Below, piece by piece: positions 40,761 through 52,544 of a DNA stretch of 64,000 bases. Every line of letters begins with the position of its first letter. Position 1 is the first letter of the stretch. The DNA comes from a virus, in IMG/VR virus record IMGVR_UViG_3300033144_003548; one strand, written 5' to 3'. The translations under genes were made by a program, and so were the position numbers. The notes under the pieces were generated by a model. It was given only the letters and a program-made list of their open reading frames with translations, did no database searches and had not been told where the DNA came from.

Positions 40761-43700
40761 ATGAAAGCTCACACGGCAAGGCAGATCCTATGTGATGTAA
40801 CTGGAGAACTGGCTCAGAAAATTGCATCAGCGAGAGGCGGAACAGCTACTCCAGAGCGAGTCACGAAAGAGGCACGCAATTTAATAACTCGCTTGAACAA
40901 GCGGGAACGGCAAAGGAGAAAGGACAATGAAAACAATCGGTAAGTATTCCTACAAACGCTATAAATGCCGAGCTTGTGGTTTCGAGAAGGAAATCGGCAC
41001 AAATCATTGGGGTGAGTGCTATTCCTTTGGCACTTACAACTCCTGTCCGAATTGTGGCTGGAAGCATCCACTTGAGGTTACAGTTTGGGATTGCCAAGAA
41101 GCACCACCAGAGGGATATGGCAAGCCCGAACCTTGGCGAATTGTTAAGCTTGGCGAGGTGTGTGAGATGAAATGAGAATAATCAGGGCGATTTTCTGGAA
41201 TATCATTTATCTGTTCAAAAGGAAACCCACAGACCTCAAAGGTATTCCGAAGGAGGCAAAATGAGCAATGTAATTTATACCATTGACCAATTCAAAGAGG
41301 ATGTTGACTCTGGCAATGTTTGGTATATTCAAGCACTCAAGGGTGAGTGGGCAGACAATAAGATTGATTACTGGAACTTCAATTGTTGCCTACACCCCGA
41401 ATTGAGACCAGCGATTGTTACAAGGGATGAGCCTGCGGCAAGGGAGCAGTTCAAGGATTGGGATGAGGCTTGCACCTACAAAGGCTTCATCTTCTGGATA
41501 CCAAGAAACTAAGGAGGCAAAGAATGAAATACAGAGTTCTTTGGGGAATAGCCTTAGAAGCAGAGGTAGATGCTGACTCTGAGGAAGAAGCCGTTCATCA
41601 AGTCGAAAATCTGGATTGCCAGAATGAGGGTGAATATGTTGAGGACAGCTTCCATATTCTCAAAGTTGAGCCAGCAACATAGCTTGACATTTGCGGGAGG
41701 CGGTGATATACTTATACTATGAGCAAGTCTAAAATGCGGAAATATGAGGTCGGCAAGTCAAGACCCACCGAAAATCGAGCAAGTAATGCCATTTCTAATG
41801 AGGTAGCGGATAGGTGGGTCGCCAAAATTGATGAAGCATCAAAGGTCGAGGGCATACATTCTCAGATAGAAGCGGTAGCACAAGTGCTGATAGAATTGGC
41901 AGAGGAAATCAAAGCAGGTCGGGTGGACATAGACGTTTTCAAGGTGGTGCTCAGGCGAAGAAATGTTACTGCTTCTCTCCAGATTGCTTACAACAAACTA
42001 AGGTATATGCCGATTTTTCAGAATGGATAAAGTAAAGGCACATCGCACCCACGTTCCAGCAAAGTCTTATCGGCACAGACCGAAAGGGACAGCAAGGCAG
42101 GTGCGGCAGATTGCCAAAAGGTTAGGTGTCAAGTATGTTGCTTAAAGATGGTGGGCACGGGGTAACTGAGGAAAGTCTAAAATTCTGGCACGCAAATAAG
42201 AGTAAGCTCGGTCTAATTCTTGGATTGGAAGCTACCTTTGAACCTCTTGGCGTTGACCAAGATGATTCGGGGGTGCTGGAGTATAATTGCCGTATTTATG
42301 GTTATAACGGTGAGATATTACTATCAGGGTGTAACTGTGGATACGGTGGCACTGGACCGAATGGAACAGCGAAGATACTGGCAGAACTTGGAGTTCCTAT
42401 TGAGAGTGCTAGGACAGCGTGCTGGCACAAGGAAGTAAAGTGGGATGTGCTGGCTAATAAATTAACTGCTGATGGTGAGGAATTGACTTTTCCATTAGCA
42501 AAGCAAAGACGAAAGGAGTGGGCGGAATTTATTGACAGACATAATATTCCTCAGTGCCGTGCTGAGGGATTATGTAAAACCTGCACCACAACAAATGAAT
42601 GCCCTGATTTTGAGGGCAAATAAAGTATGGAGTAAAAAATGTATAGAAGCAAAATTAAAGCAGTAGTAGTGGTGGATGAGGCAAACAACTGGTTAGCTTA
42701 TAATCTTGGGCATAATGTTCGTGATGCTTTGAGATTAGCTAAACAGGCAACTGAGTATGAGAAGGATACCACTATGATTGCCTATAAGGTGGTGGAAGAA
42801 GTAGAAGTTAAGCCAAACGAAAAATTCTGAGGAGCAAATACAATGACGCAGGTTAATCAATTACGGAAGGCAATCAAAGAGAAATTCCCCGATTTGAAAT
42901 TCAAAGTACGAACCATAGACTTCGCAGACTTGGCAAGGGATAGCAAAGTATTTGTGGAGTCTGATGCGTGGGGAATGACAAAGGGTAACGGCGAACTTTA
43001 TCACCAAGTAGAGGAAATTGCCAAAAAGTTTGGTGCGGTTGTCTCTTGGTGAGAGAGAAAAAATTAGTATGAGGCTAAGCCTCAGAAGGAGAGTAAAATG
43101 TTTTCAATGGAAGATTATCTAGTGGAGACAGAGAAGTATCGGGGGCACAAGATTAAAATCTATCAAGACATTGACCCACCTAATCCGAGAGAGTGGGAAG
43201 AAAATCTTGGCAAGATGGTGTGTTTTCACAGGCGGTATGATTTGGGTGATAAACACGACTTTTCTGATGCCAGAGACTTAATCAGCTTTGTGGAGAGTAA
43301 GGACATTGTGTCCTTGCCTCTGTTCCTGATTGACCATTCTGGACTGGCAATGAATACTGGTGGGTTTAGGCATTGTGACCCTCAAGGATGGGATTGGGGG
43401 CAGGTCGGATTTATCTATGCTGACAAAGACGCTCTACGAAACGAGTATGGCGTTAAGCACGTTACAAAGAAAGTCCGAGAAAAAGCCTTAGCGGTTCTGC
43501 AAAGCGAGGTCGAACAGTATGATAAGTTTCTGCGTGGCTGGATTTATGGTTACTTGATTGAGGATGCCGATGGGGAGCAATTAGACTCCTGTTGGGGCTA
43601 TTTTGATGACCCTGCTGACATTATCAAGGAGTGTAAAGCAATCATAGACCGCCATATTCAGGCAGAGAATGAGAAGAAGCACTACCCAAAGGTTGAGGTA

Positions 43701-45003
43701 TTTGTTACCAAGACACACAAATTTAGGGCACGTATTAGGGAGAGCATAGAAGAGCCTTCCTATGAAGTGAGTATTGGTGGTGAGGAGTGGAGTAAAGGGA
43801 AAGGGAAAAATCACAAAGCCAAAATCCTAGAGAAGATGGATGAAATTGGCAAAGCTTTAGGGCAAGAGTTTGCTCGTGCCATTCACGAAAAGTAAATGAG
43901 GTGGCAATGGAATATCGGGTAGCTGAGTTTCAGCGACTATTTGAAAGCGTTCACCGCCACAAGTCGCAGGGTGATGTCCTTGCCTATAACTCTCTGCGTA
44001 AAGAGATGGAGCAAGACGGATATAAAATCGAACAGGCGTGGGGATGGTATCTCCATTGTCCTGATGGCACAACAATTACACTTGACTACTGGAATGAACT
44101 ACCTTGACAAATTGTGCTGGCGATGTTATACTAATAGAATAGGAGAGGTTAATGGACTTTGCGAGAATACAGGCAGAAAAAATGACATATGAGGGCAAAT
44201 TAGTAGAGTGTGTTCGCTGCCATAAATCACCGTTTCTCGTAATAACGGTATTAGGAACAGTGGTTTATTTATGCCCCAACTGTCTCTACTTTGAAGAGCC
44301 CTGGGAAAGAGGGGATTAAATGAAATCGGCAATTGTAGACTCAAAAAGTTTAGGCACAAACTGTTGGTCGCTAAAGAGATTTTGTGGCGGGAGATGTGAT
44401 AAAGTTATGACCTGCAATTACCCCGAAAAGCACACCTGCGAGGCGGTCAAATCTGAAATTCTCTACTTGGAGAACAGGCGAGAGGAACTCGTAGCGGAGT
44501 TCGGGAAAAGGCTTGAACAGCTTCAAGATAAAATTTCAGAGGGCATCAGAAAGCTGAGGGGTGAAGAATGAAATTTCAATTCAGGTGCATTGGCTGTAGC
44601 ACAATCTTTGAACAAGACATCGAGGGGGAGGCAGTGGAAACCTTTCTTGATGCTTTTGAAGCTGGTGGTTGTGAGATAATGCAAGGCTGTTGTCCAAAGT
44701 GTAGAGAAACTAAGAATGGTCTTGCCATCAATGAGTTACTTGAGGCATTACCGAGTGGAAAAAGAGTATAAGTTCTACGATGGTACAATCTTTTGGAAAT
44801 ATCCTTGTCCGAGATGTATTGGCGGGAGTCTTACTTGGGTGAGGGAAAGAGGCTTTGAACCATCGTTACACTGTATAAATTGTGGCTATGACCACCAACA
44901 GCAAAAAAACTTTGAAAAGTTTGAACGGAAATGGCTTAAAAAGGCAAGAAATCAGCTTCGGAAGCAGAAAAAACGGCAAGAGAAAGGGGTCAAAAAAGAC
45001 TAA
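40761..45003 (+). CDS. Run of early hypothetical ORFs, including 42126-42623 and the 265-aa ORF 43098-43895
   Basis: Co-oriented with RBSs; 43098 has NPRE..NLG, DHSG and WDWGQVG motifs seen in mobile-element proteins of unknown function. Confidence 0.55.
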
Positions 45004-45060
45004 TTTCTGGCGTATTTTTTCACATTTCCCACGCTCAAAACCTTAATTAGAGGCAATTAA

Positions 45061-45405
45061 ATGCAATTTAGTGAAATGGCTATTGAGGAAGCGGAAGCAA
45101 AAAAGAAGATGCTTGAATGCCAGTGGGGAAAGCATAATGAGAAGCTTGGCATCGAGTGGATAGAAAAAACTCCAGAGTGTCAAAAGTGTAAAAATCGCTT
45201 TCAATGCCTCACTATGTCAGCAAAGCGTTTCAAGCTAACTGTGACTCAAACAATCTGGACTACTTATGAGGTGTTCGCCGAAAATGAGGATGAGGTAATG
45301 GAACTATTTGCCTCATTCGGAACTGACGAACCTCTTATGCGTGAATTAAAAAGTGATGGGGATGGCGGAGATGTGGAGATAGAGGAGTGGAGTGATAGTG
45401 TATAA
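45061..45405 (+). CDS. Cys module plus DpnD/PcfM-like domain protein
   Basis: CQKCKNRFQCLT followed by FKLTVTQTIWTTYEVFAENEDE. Confidence 0.65.
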   Translation: MQFSEMAIEEAEAKKKMLECQWGKHNEKLGIEWIEKTPECQKCKNRFQCLTMSAKRFKLTVTQTIWTTYEVFAENEDEVMELFASFGTDEPLMRELKSDGDGGDVEIEEWSDSV

Positions 45406-45586
45406 ATGTATCCACACAATCTCTTGTCCTAGCAGGCTGTGGTGTGGTAAATGCACAAGTCCTGCCGAATGTCGCTTCGCATTACCCATCGTGGCAGAGG
45501 ATGGGATGGTCAAAAATTGCGAAATGTGTATGACAAAATTTACTTGCTGGACTGAGCGAGAGCCAGAGAGAGCAATTATCTTATGA
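45392..45586 (+). CDS. Cys-module protein
   Basis: CEMCMTKFTCWT near the C-terminus. Confidence 0.65.
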   Translation: MIVYKCIHTISCPSRLWCGKCTSPAECRFALPIVAEDGMVKNCEMCMTKFTCWTEREPERAIIL

Positions 45587-46500
45587 AAACTTGGATGAAT
45601 AAATTAGACCCTCTTTACGAGGGGTTGCCATTTATGGAAATTGAGGGTGAGATGATTTCTTACCCCTGTGTGGCAGAAGTGAAGCTGGATGGTGAGTTTC
45701 AATATATTATTAAGCGGAATGGTATTGTCTATCTCGCTAACAAACGAGAGCACGGCAGAATAAGGACTGATATGCCTGTGACCAATATTGACATTCCCGA
45801 CAACTCCGTTTTTCTCGGTGAGTTAGTGTGGGGAGCAGGCAAAGATTTCTATGATTTTGCGAGACATAAACTTGACCCTGACTGTAATCTTGGCATCTAT
45901 GGTTGTATCAAATATGCTGGTAAGCAATTGTGGGGAAAGGCAACATATACCGAGACAAGACAATTGCTTGAGAGTCTGAAATTCTATACTGATAAAGTAG
46001 TGCTAGTCCCTGCCGTTGAGATACACGATACTCAAGAATTAGAAGATTTCTTCAAACAAGTGGTAGCTAGTGGGTATGAGGGGCTGGTAATCAAACAGCT
46101 AGACTCTAAATACATAAATGGAAAGAGTTATCATTGGGCAAAAAAGAAGTTCCAAACTGAAGCAGATTTGGTTATCTGTGGTTATCAAACTGGAACTAAG
46201 AGGGCAAAGAATTTAACGGTTCTGGTCGGACATTTGGTGGATGGGGAAATCAAACCACTTACTCACGTTGGTGGCGGTTTTAAGTATGAAGAAAAAATGG
46301 AATTGCTTAGTGCTTTGCAAGGATGCCCATCCATTGGCAAGCTAAAGGATGACGTTCTTGTTGAACCTAAAATCGTAATTAAGGTAATTTACAATGGAGT
46401 AATATACAATCCTGATGGGAGCATTAACTCATTAAGGCATCCAAGATTTGATAGATTTCGCTTTGATAAAGCCGTGAAGGAGATAGATACAATAAAATGA
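45583..46500 (+). CDS. ATP-dependent DNA ligase
   Basis: EVKLDGE (motif I), YEGLVIK, WAKKK, SLRHPRF. Confidence 0.92.
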   Translation: MKTWMNKLDPLYEGLPFMEIEGEMISYPCVAEVKLDGEFQYIIKRNGIVYLANKREHGRIRTDMPVTNIDIPDNSVFLGELVWGAGKDFYDFARHKLDPDCNLGIYGCIKYAGKQLWGKATYTETRQLLESLKFYTDKVVLVPAVEIHDTQELEDFFKQVVASGYEGLVIKQLDSKYINGKSYHWAKKKFQTEADLVICGYQTGTKRAKNLTVLVGHLVDGEIKPLTHVGGGFKYEEKMELLSALQGCPSIGKLKDDVLVEPKIVIKVIYNGVIYNPDGSINSLRHPRFDRFRFDKAVKEIDTIK

Positions 46501-46811
46501 ATTATGATGAAATAAATGACAAAGACCTCGAAAAAGCCGTAAGGCGAGCTTTCGAGCTTGAGGAAGGCAAGACGGTGGTGATCAACTTCAAAGATTGCCC
46601 TGTGAGAGTTGACTATCGCTGTATGGATAAGGATACCGATATTTGTGACGGGTGCAGGCTGAGATTTACCTGTTACTCTAGTCAATATCTTACTCTTGAG
46701 CCAAAGGACTTGCGATTTCCTCAAGACCTGAAAGAGACAATCAATGAGCGGGTCGAGGCATACGTAGAAAGCTTCAAACCTGCAAAGAAGGCTGAACAAA
46801 AAACCGCCTAG
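46497..46811 (+). CDS. Cys-module protein
   Basis: CDGCRLRFTCYS. Confidence 0.65.
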   Translation: MNYDEINDKDLEKAVRRAFELEEGKTVVINFKDCPVRVDYRCMDKDTDICDGCRLRFTCYSSQYLTLEPKDLRFPQDLKETINERVEAYVESFKPAKKAEQKTA

Positions 46812-46859
46812 ATGGACGACCTTGACTTTTTTGCTTGGCGATGCTAAACTATATAGATA

Positions 46860-47576
46860 ATGAGATACCATTGTAATCGGTGCAATAAAGATTTTACCAC
46901 GCTGTCAGAGGATAAAGGCAAAAAGTTTGCGTTCTCTCACTTTATCCTTGACAAAATGCGGTGTCCCCATTGTGGGGCAACTAATCAATCGCACATTCCA
47001 CGCAGACCACTCAAGACAACGAGACATAGGTATCAGCCAAAGCGGAGAAGTATGGATACCGATGATTATTCTCCACCAAGTATAGTATTACATCCAATCT
47101 GCCAAAAGAGGATAGTCGGTAATCCGATGTCAATTGAGGGTATGCAGGTAATGTGCGAAGGTTGCCCTTCCGCTTTTAATTGTCTTGCTGGTAATGTGGA
47201 TGATGGGACTCTTACTGAGAATGTCATAGACCAGCAAGAGGCTAGGGAGAGGGAGAAAGCCAAAGCAGTAGAAGAGGCGAAAGCGAAAGCTGCCGAGAAT
47301 AAAAAGAGGGATGAACAGCTTTATCTTAAAAAGCTACGGGATACTCTTGGCAGTTGGGGTTTCGGTTATGTGTTTCAAAATGGTTTGTGCTACGCAAGGT
47401 TTGGTGGCACGGTCTGGAAACTGGATGCTGAGGATATAAAAGCAATAATGGAGCAGACTTGGCACACACCCAAAACTACTGTCATAAAGAATACGCTTGA
47501 TAAGCGACAAATCAAACCAGCGATGGCACAGAAGCTTCTCCAGTGGGAGAATTACTGCGGTAATTTAAGGGCTTGA
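46860..47576 (+). CDS. Zn-ribbon protein with a degenerate Cys module
   Basis: CNRC..CPHC; CEGCPSAFNCLA. Confidence 0.6.
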   Translation: MRYHCNRCNKDFTTLSEDKGKKFAFSHFILDKMRCPHCGATNQSHIPRRPLKTTRHRYQPKRRSMDTDDYSPPSIVLHPICQKRIVGNPMSIEGMQVMCEGCPSAFNCLAGNVDDGTLTENVIDQQEAREREKAKAVEEAKAKAAENKKRDEQLYLKKLRDTLGSWGFGYVFQNGLCYARFGGTVWKLDAEDIKAIMEQTWHTPKTTVIKNTLDKRQIKPAMAQKLLQWENYCGNLRA

Positions 47577-48075
47577 CAAAATGCTAAGGCTATGCTATAA
47601 TTATAGAAGATGGAGAAATGTTTAATCTGTGGAGAGCGAGATGCCGATTTCGAGGGGGTTATCTGCTATGAGTGTAAGCAAAAAGCAGATGAGCAACTCA
47701 TTGCCGAAGAGCGTGAGTTCTTTGAGAGAGAGGGAAACAATCCCGATGGTCTGCCAGCAGAATGACTATTGGATAAAATGTAGTTGCGGATGGGAAGGGT
47801 TTGAATGGCAGATGAAGCGTGGGTATGCTCCGCTCTTTCCTGATGATGTAGTTCCAATGCTTAAATGCCCTGAGTGCGGGAGACAAGAGGATATGTGTGA
47901 TTGGAAAGAAATTGGTAAGTGTCCGCACTGTGGCAGGAGATTGGAGCACTTTAGCGGGCTTGAACAGATACCTGAATACTTTTATTGTCCAGTCTGTAAC
48001 GATACCGCTTATGGTTATGACGGCAAAGAGTTGTTTAAGCTGGTATGATACCAAAATCCAAAATGGAGGTTCAAA

Positions 48076-48831
48076 ATGGCGGATAGACCTATCTTCAAGG
48101 GTGCTATTTCGTTGGGTTCGTTCCTTATCCCAATGAGAATAGTGAAAGCCACAAAGGAGCACGATGTCAAATTCCACGAATATCACGCAACGGATTTGGG
48201 TCGGGTTGGCAGGTCAAAACCTTGTAAGTCCTGCGGCAACATTCTGACCGAAGCAGACATCATCAAGGGTGTGGAAATTACCAAAGGCAACGTGATTTCC
48301 TTTACCAAAGAGGAACTGGAAAATCTCCCCATCAAGTCGGCTAAGACAATCGAGATAGACCGCTTCGTTAAAGCTGACGAACTCAGTCCTTTGATGATGG
48401 AAGATGCCTACTACGTTCTTCCAGAGGAAATCGGGGTCAAGGCATTTGAACTTTTTGTCAAGGGTCTGAAAAAGCAACGCAAGGTTGCTATCGGTAAAAT
48501 CGTTATGAGGCAACGAGAGCACATCTGTGCTATGCAGCCGATGGGTAGCGGACTTCTGCTTAATACGGTCTATTATGCAGATGAAATCAGGGATATGCCT
48601 CAAGTACCAAAGGCTCAGGTGGTAGATGATGAGGTAGAGCTTATCTGTCAAGTTATCAACAAATACACCAAGCCATTTGAGCACGGAGCATACACCGATG
48701 AATACACAGATGCGGTGCAAGCTCTGATTGATGCCAAGCTAAAGGGAGAGACACCTCCAGTAGCACCAACGGCTCAAGCTAAGGAAGCACCTAATCTGAA
48801 AGACGCCCTGACAGACCTACTTAATAAATAA
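48076..48831 (+). CDS. ku: Ku protein (NHEJ end-binding)
   Basis: RPIFKGAISLG.FLIP, TIEIDRFV, YYVLP, GKIVMRQRE, YADEIRD, YTDEY. Confidence 0.92.
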   Translation: MADRPIFKGAISLGSFLIPMRIVKATKEHDVKFHEYHATDLGRVGRSKPCKSCGNILTEADIIKGVEITKGNVISFTKEELENLPIKSAKTIEIDRFVKADELSPLMMEDAYYVLPEEIGVKAFELFVKGLKKQRKVAIGKIVMRQREHICAMQPMGSGLLLNTVYYADEIRDMPQVPKAQVVDDEVELICQVINKYTKPFEHGAYTDEYTDAVQALIDAKLKGETPPVAPTAQAKEAPNLKDALTDLLNK

Positions 48832-48935
48832 GGGAGTTGCGGAGCAGGATGGCTAAGAATAAGGTCGGTAAGTATTAGTAATAATTTATCGGACACCTTG
48901 CTTGACCATCCTGCCCGACTCGGTAAGGAGTAATA

Positions 48936-51318
48936 ATGAAGGCTAAAACTTTGCTAAAGGGACTAGCACCACTGGTTGTATTGGGTGGAGCGATAGCACT
49001 CTCGGCACTTATCTTTATGGTACTGTGGAACGCTTTTCTTGTGCCTGCGGTTGGAGTTGCGGTTCTGTCCTTCTGGCTAGCGGTAAAGGGGTGGGCTTTT
49101 GTCTATTTCGTTACTGCTATGGTGCTAGGGGCAAAGCAATTTGTGGACTTTTTACTATTTAATCTGACTATCCACGTTGCGAGAAGGCAGGCAGAAAAGG
49201 AAATGAGTGCTCACACCGACCTGATGAAGCATTTCAGTATGTTTGGAGGGCAGGGCGAACAGAATGAACAGAATTAAGAATATTTACTACTCGGTATTTA
49301 ACTTCTTTTGTCGCCCGAACCTGTCGGGTCGGGTGCGTCTTGCTATCCTGAACGACCCGAACATCCAATTTGCCTTTATGATGTGCATAATGAGGGCATT
49401 AAATGTATGATGAAGATTTTAGCCTTTGTTTGAGTTGTGGATTTTGTGATGTGTGTGCCGAATTATCAGGTGGAGAACCTGTGGCATACGAATGTGACGC
49501 ATACTCACCAAGAGAGGAACAATGGGTAAACGTGGCAGACCACCAGGAACGGTCAAGACCAAAATCCCCACAGCCGTCATAAATGAGTGGGCTACCGTCT
49601 ATAATGAGGGTGGAGATACTGGTAAGGCACTTGTTCTCGATAGAATTGATAGCTTAGGATTAGAGAAAGATGTAATCCTTGAGCGGATGTCTGTTGCCTA
49701 CTACAAGAAACGTAGTCCAGAGTTGGCTAAGATAGTTGAAGCTGAAGTCGGTCAATTACTACATAATGTTAATGAGTTAATTCACAGCAATAAGGACTTT
49801 AAGAGACTATCAGAAATCTTGCCTCGTGATAACTTGATAATAAATCTAGAGACACTGGAAATCCAGAGAGTGAAGCGACCAGTGCCTCGGACAAAGGTAA
49901 AGAATGACAATAGAAGAAATACCAAAAATAAGCGATAGCCAAGTAATCCAGCAGAATAAGGATATGAGGCAGAGGATTTCTAGTGGGACTATCACTCAGT
50001 GGTTAGACGAGCAGTTACGTTCTCTTGCCAATTCTAATCCAATTCTGTATAAGTATATTATGGAACACAGCCAAAAATTTGCGATGGGTGCTATGATGGT
50101 GCAAGACCCACAATCTATAGCTATGTCACTTGCCCTTGAGCAAACGCTATTATTGACGTTGATTGGGGCAGCTTACAAAGGGAATAAAAATTTACAAGAT
50201 TTTACTAATCTGATGAAGGATTGGTTTGGCAACGGTGAAATTAAAGGTCTGGATGATTTAGGTGAGAAGAAATAATTACTGGAATTTGAGGCAGCGTAGA
50301 TATACTTTTGTTCCTGTACCCGACTTTCCAGAGGAAGAAAAGAAGAAAAACCTTGCCAAGTTCGTAAAGAAACATCCAAGAGCGATGGAAATGCTTGAGG
50401 AAATTAAAGAGAGAATTCCCTGGCAACGACAATTCGTTGGTAGTTTACTTGTTCAGGTGGAGCAAAAAGGCGAATTATCACCGAAGCAGAGAAGCCTGAT
50501 TACATCACTCTATGCTGATTGCTGTATCAAATCTGATGCAGATATTCGGGAACAAGTAGAGTGCAGAAAGTTATGCTTGAGGCTATTGGAAACTGAGTTG
50601 GGTAGAATGAGAGACTTCGTTCAAAGCGTGGCTAATTTCACTTATAACCGACCTTTCTCTCCGTTGCAGATGAGAAGCATTAGAAATATGGCAGAGAGGA
50701 AGAGGAAAGATTTAGAGCATATTCCAGACTTTAATGAGAAGAATTTTGATGGCTGGAATTTTGCTAGATGGTCTGAGGGAGACAATGTGGACAAGGTTGA
50801 AGAATAATATAGCAATCGTTCCGAAAGCATATGATGTGCGGGCAAATAATGTCTTGGTCTTAGAGACTAATAAACTCTACTTCTTTGTTCCTCTACAAGA
50901 CCTTGAAGGCAGTCCTGTTGGCGACTACTGCGGTTCATCAGCTTTTACTGAGGATTATCATCCTCTAGCTGCCTTTGAAGCATATAAGGATACTGACAAT
51001 AAGTATCACCAATTTATGATTGTGGATGGTGAGAGGCGAGACGAGTGGTTGTGCTGTATCTGCAAACATAGATTTATGGGACTTACAGGTGGGTGCAAGT
51101 GGAAGCTAATTATGGATAATGCTGATGAAAGACCCTGCTCGCCAGAGTTTGATAGGAAACCCGACCCACCTGTTTTGCAGGTAAAGGGTGGGATTTATGT
51201 GCCACCGAAATATTTCAATGCTAATTTCAGACGTTATTATCGGGATAGGGCTTTAGGTGATTATGATTTTAACGTTGATGTAGTGGATATGGTATTGAAG
51301 GTTCAGTCGCCAAAATGA
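48936..51318 (+). CDS. Hypothetical ORFs 48936-49277 (membrane), 49522-49938, 49904-50275, 50262-50807, ~50785-51318
   Basis: Co-oriented, with overlapping starts and stops. Confidence 0.55.
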
Positions 51319-51380
51319 AAAACTTGACAAATCAAGTAGGCTATGTTATAATTATACTATACTGATAAAGGAGATTTCGG

Positions 51381-52544
51381 ATGGAAGATATTAGCCTGTT
51401 GGAGTTAATCCTTACTCAATGTGTCGAGAAAAAGCTCACACCGTTGGTGTGGGGCAAGCACGGTATCGGTAAGTCGCAGATTATCCGTGCTATCTTTGAA
51501 AAACTCGGCTACGAGGTCATTGACCTTCGTTTGGGTCAATTAGAGGTTGGTGACCTTATCGGTGTTCCCGCCCAAGAATATTACTGTCCCGTATGTGAAA
51601 CGAAATTCGGGTTCAGCACCAGAGAGTCTTATTGCCCTATCTGTGCTCAAGAAAATAAGAAAATCCCTATATCTGGTAGGACTGTGTGGCTCGCTCCAAG
51701 CTGGTTTCCTCAGAATGGAGAGAAACGCCTCATATTCTTCGATGAGTTGAATAGAGGTAGGTTAGATGTCCAGCAGGCAACATTCCAGATTGTATTAGAC
51801 CGCAGAATACACACCCATAAAATACCTGATAACTGCGGTATTGTTTGTGCCTGTAATCCTAGTGGTGGGGATTATTTTGTAGAAGAACTTGACCCTGCCC
51901 TGCTTGATAGGTTCGTGAACATTAAGTGGAATTTGGATACACGGCAGTGGATACGATGGGCAAGGGAGAATGGGATAAAGCAAGAGATAGTTGACTTTAT
52001 CCAAACCGATAGCAAGCAACTCGGTAATGAGGCAATTAAGATGGAGCTAGAGATTACTCCATCACCACGCTCATATGAGTTCTTGAGTAAGCTTCTGGAA
52101 GGCATTCCAAAGAAGCACTCCTATTGGAGTGAAGTCGCCACCTGTATTCTTGGTGAGGCAGCTTCCTTAGCATTTATGCAATCTCTGAAAGAGGAAGTTG
52201 AGAAACCAGTCAAGGCAACCGAAATTTTTAACAATTGGGAAAAAGTCAAGAAGCGTATTCAACAGCAAGTTCACGCTGAGGAAGGCGATGTCAGACACGA
52301 CCTGCTTAAAGAGACATTCGATGATGTGTATGACGCTCTCAAAGATGGCAGAAGCAAGAAGCTGTCTGACGACCAATTGCTGAATGTTGGGCATTTCCTG
52401 CTGATGATACCTGAAGATTTATCCTTTAGTGCTATCAAAGATTTAGCACCAATGCCTGACATAAATGACCGATTACTCCAGAGCGAACTTGGTAAACCAC
52501 TATTTGATATACTCAAGAAGGCTCGCAAAGAGGATATGCGATAA
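51381..52544 (+). CDS. MoxR-like AAA+ ATPase with a Zn-ribbon insertion
   Basis: GKHGIGKS, FFDELNR, ACNP, DPALLDRF, SPRSYE; inserted CPVC..CPIC. Confidence 0.88.
   Translation: MEDISLLELILTQCVEKKLTPLVWGKHGIGKSQIIRAIFEKLGYEVIDLRLGQLEVGDLIGVPAQEYYCPVCETKFGFSTRESYCPICAQENKKIPISGRTVWLAPSWFPQNGEKRLIFFDELNRGRLDVQQATFQIVLDRRIHTHKIPDNCGIVCACNPSGGDYFVEELDPALLDRFVNIKWNLDTRQWIRWARENGIKQEIVDFIQTDSKQLGNEAIKMELEITPSPRSYEFLSKLLEGIPKKHSYWSEVATCILGEAASLAFMQSLKEEVEKPVKATEIFNNWEKVKKRIQQQVHAEEGDVRHDLLKETFDDVYDALKDGRSKKLSDDQLLNVGHFLLMIPEDLSFSAIKDLAPMPDINDRLLQSELGKPLFDILKKARKEDMR

Larger units (their letters stand above)
33147..51352. promoter_or_regulatory. Family of 11 early promoters, CTTGAC[AT]-N9-GGC[GT]NTGN-TA[TGA]A[AC]T
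   Basis: Minus strand: 33147-33175, 33940-33968, 34565-34593. Plus strand starts: 35050, 35808, 38521, 41684, 44104, 46822, 47573, 51324. All have a 17-nt spacer. Confidence 0.85.
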
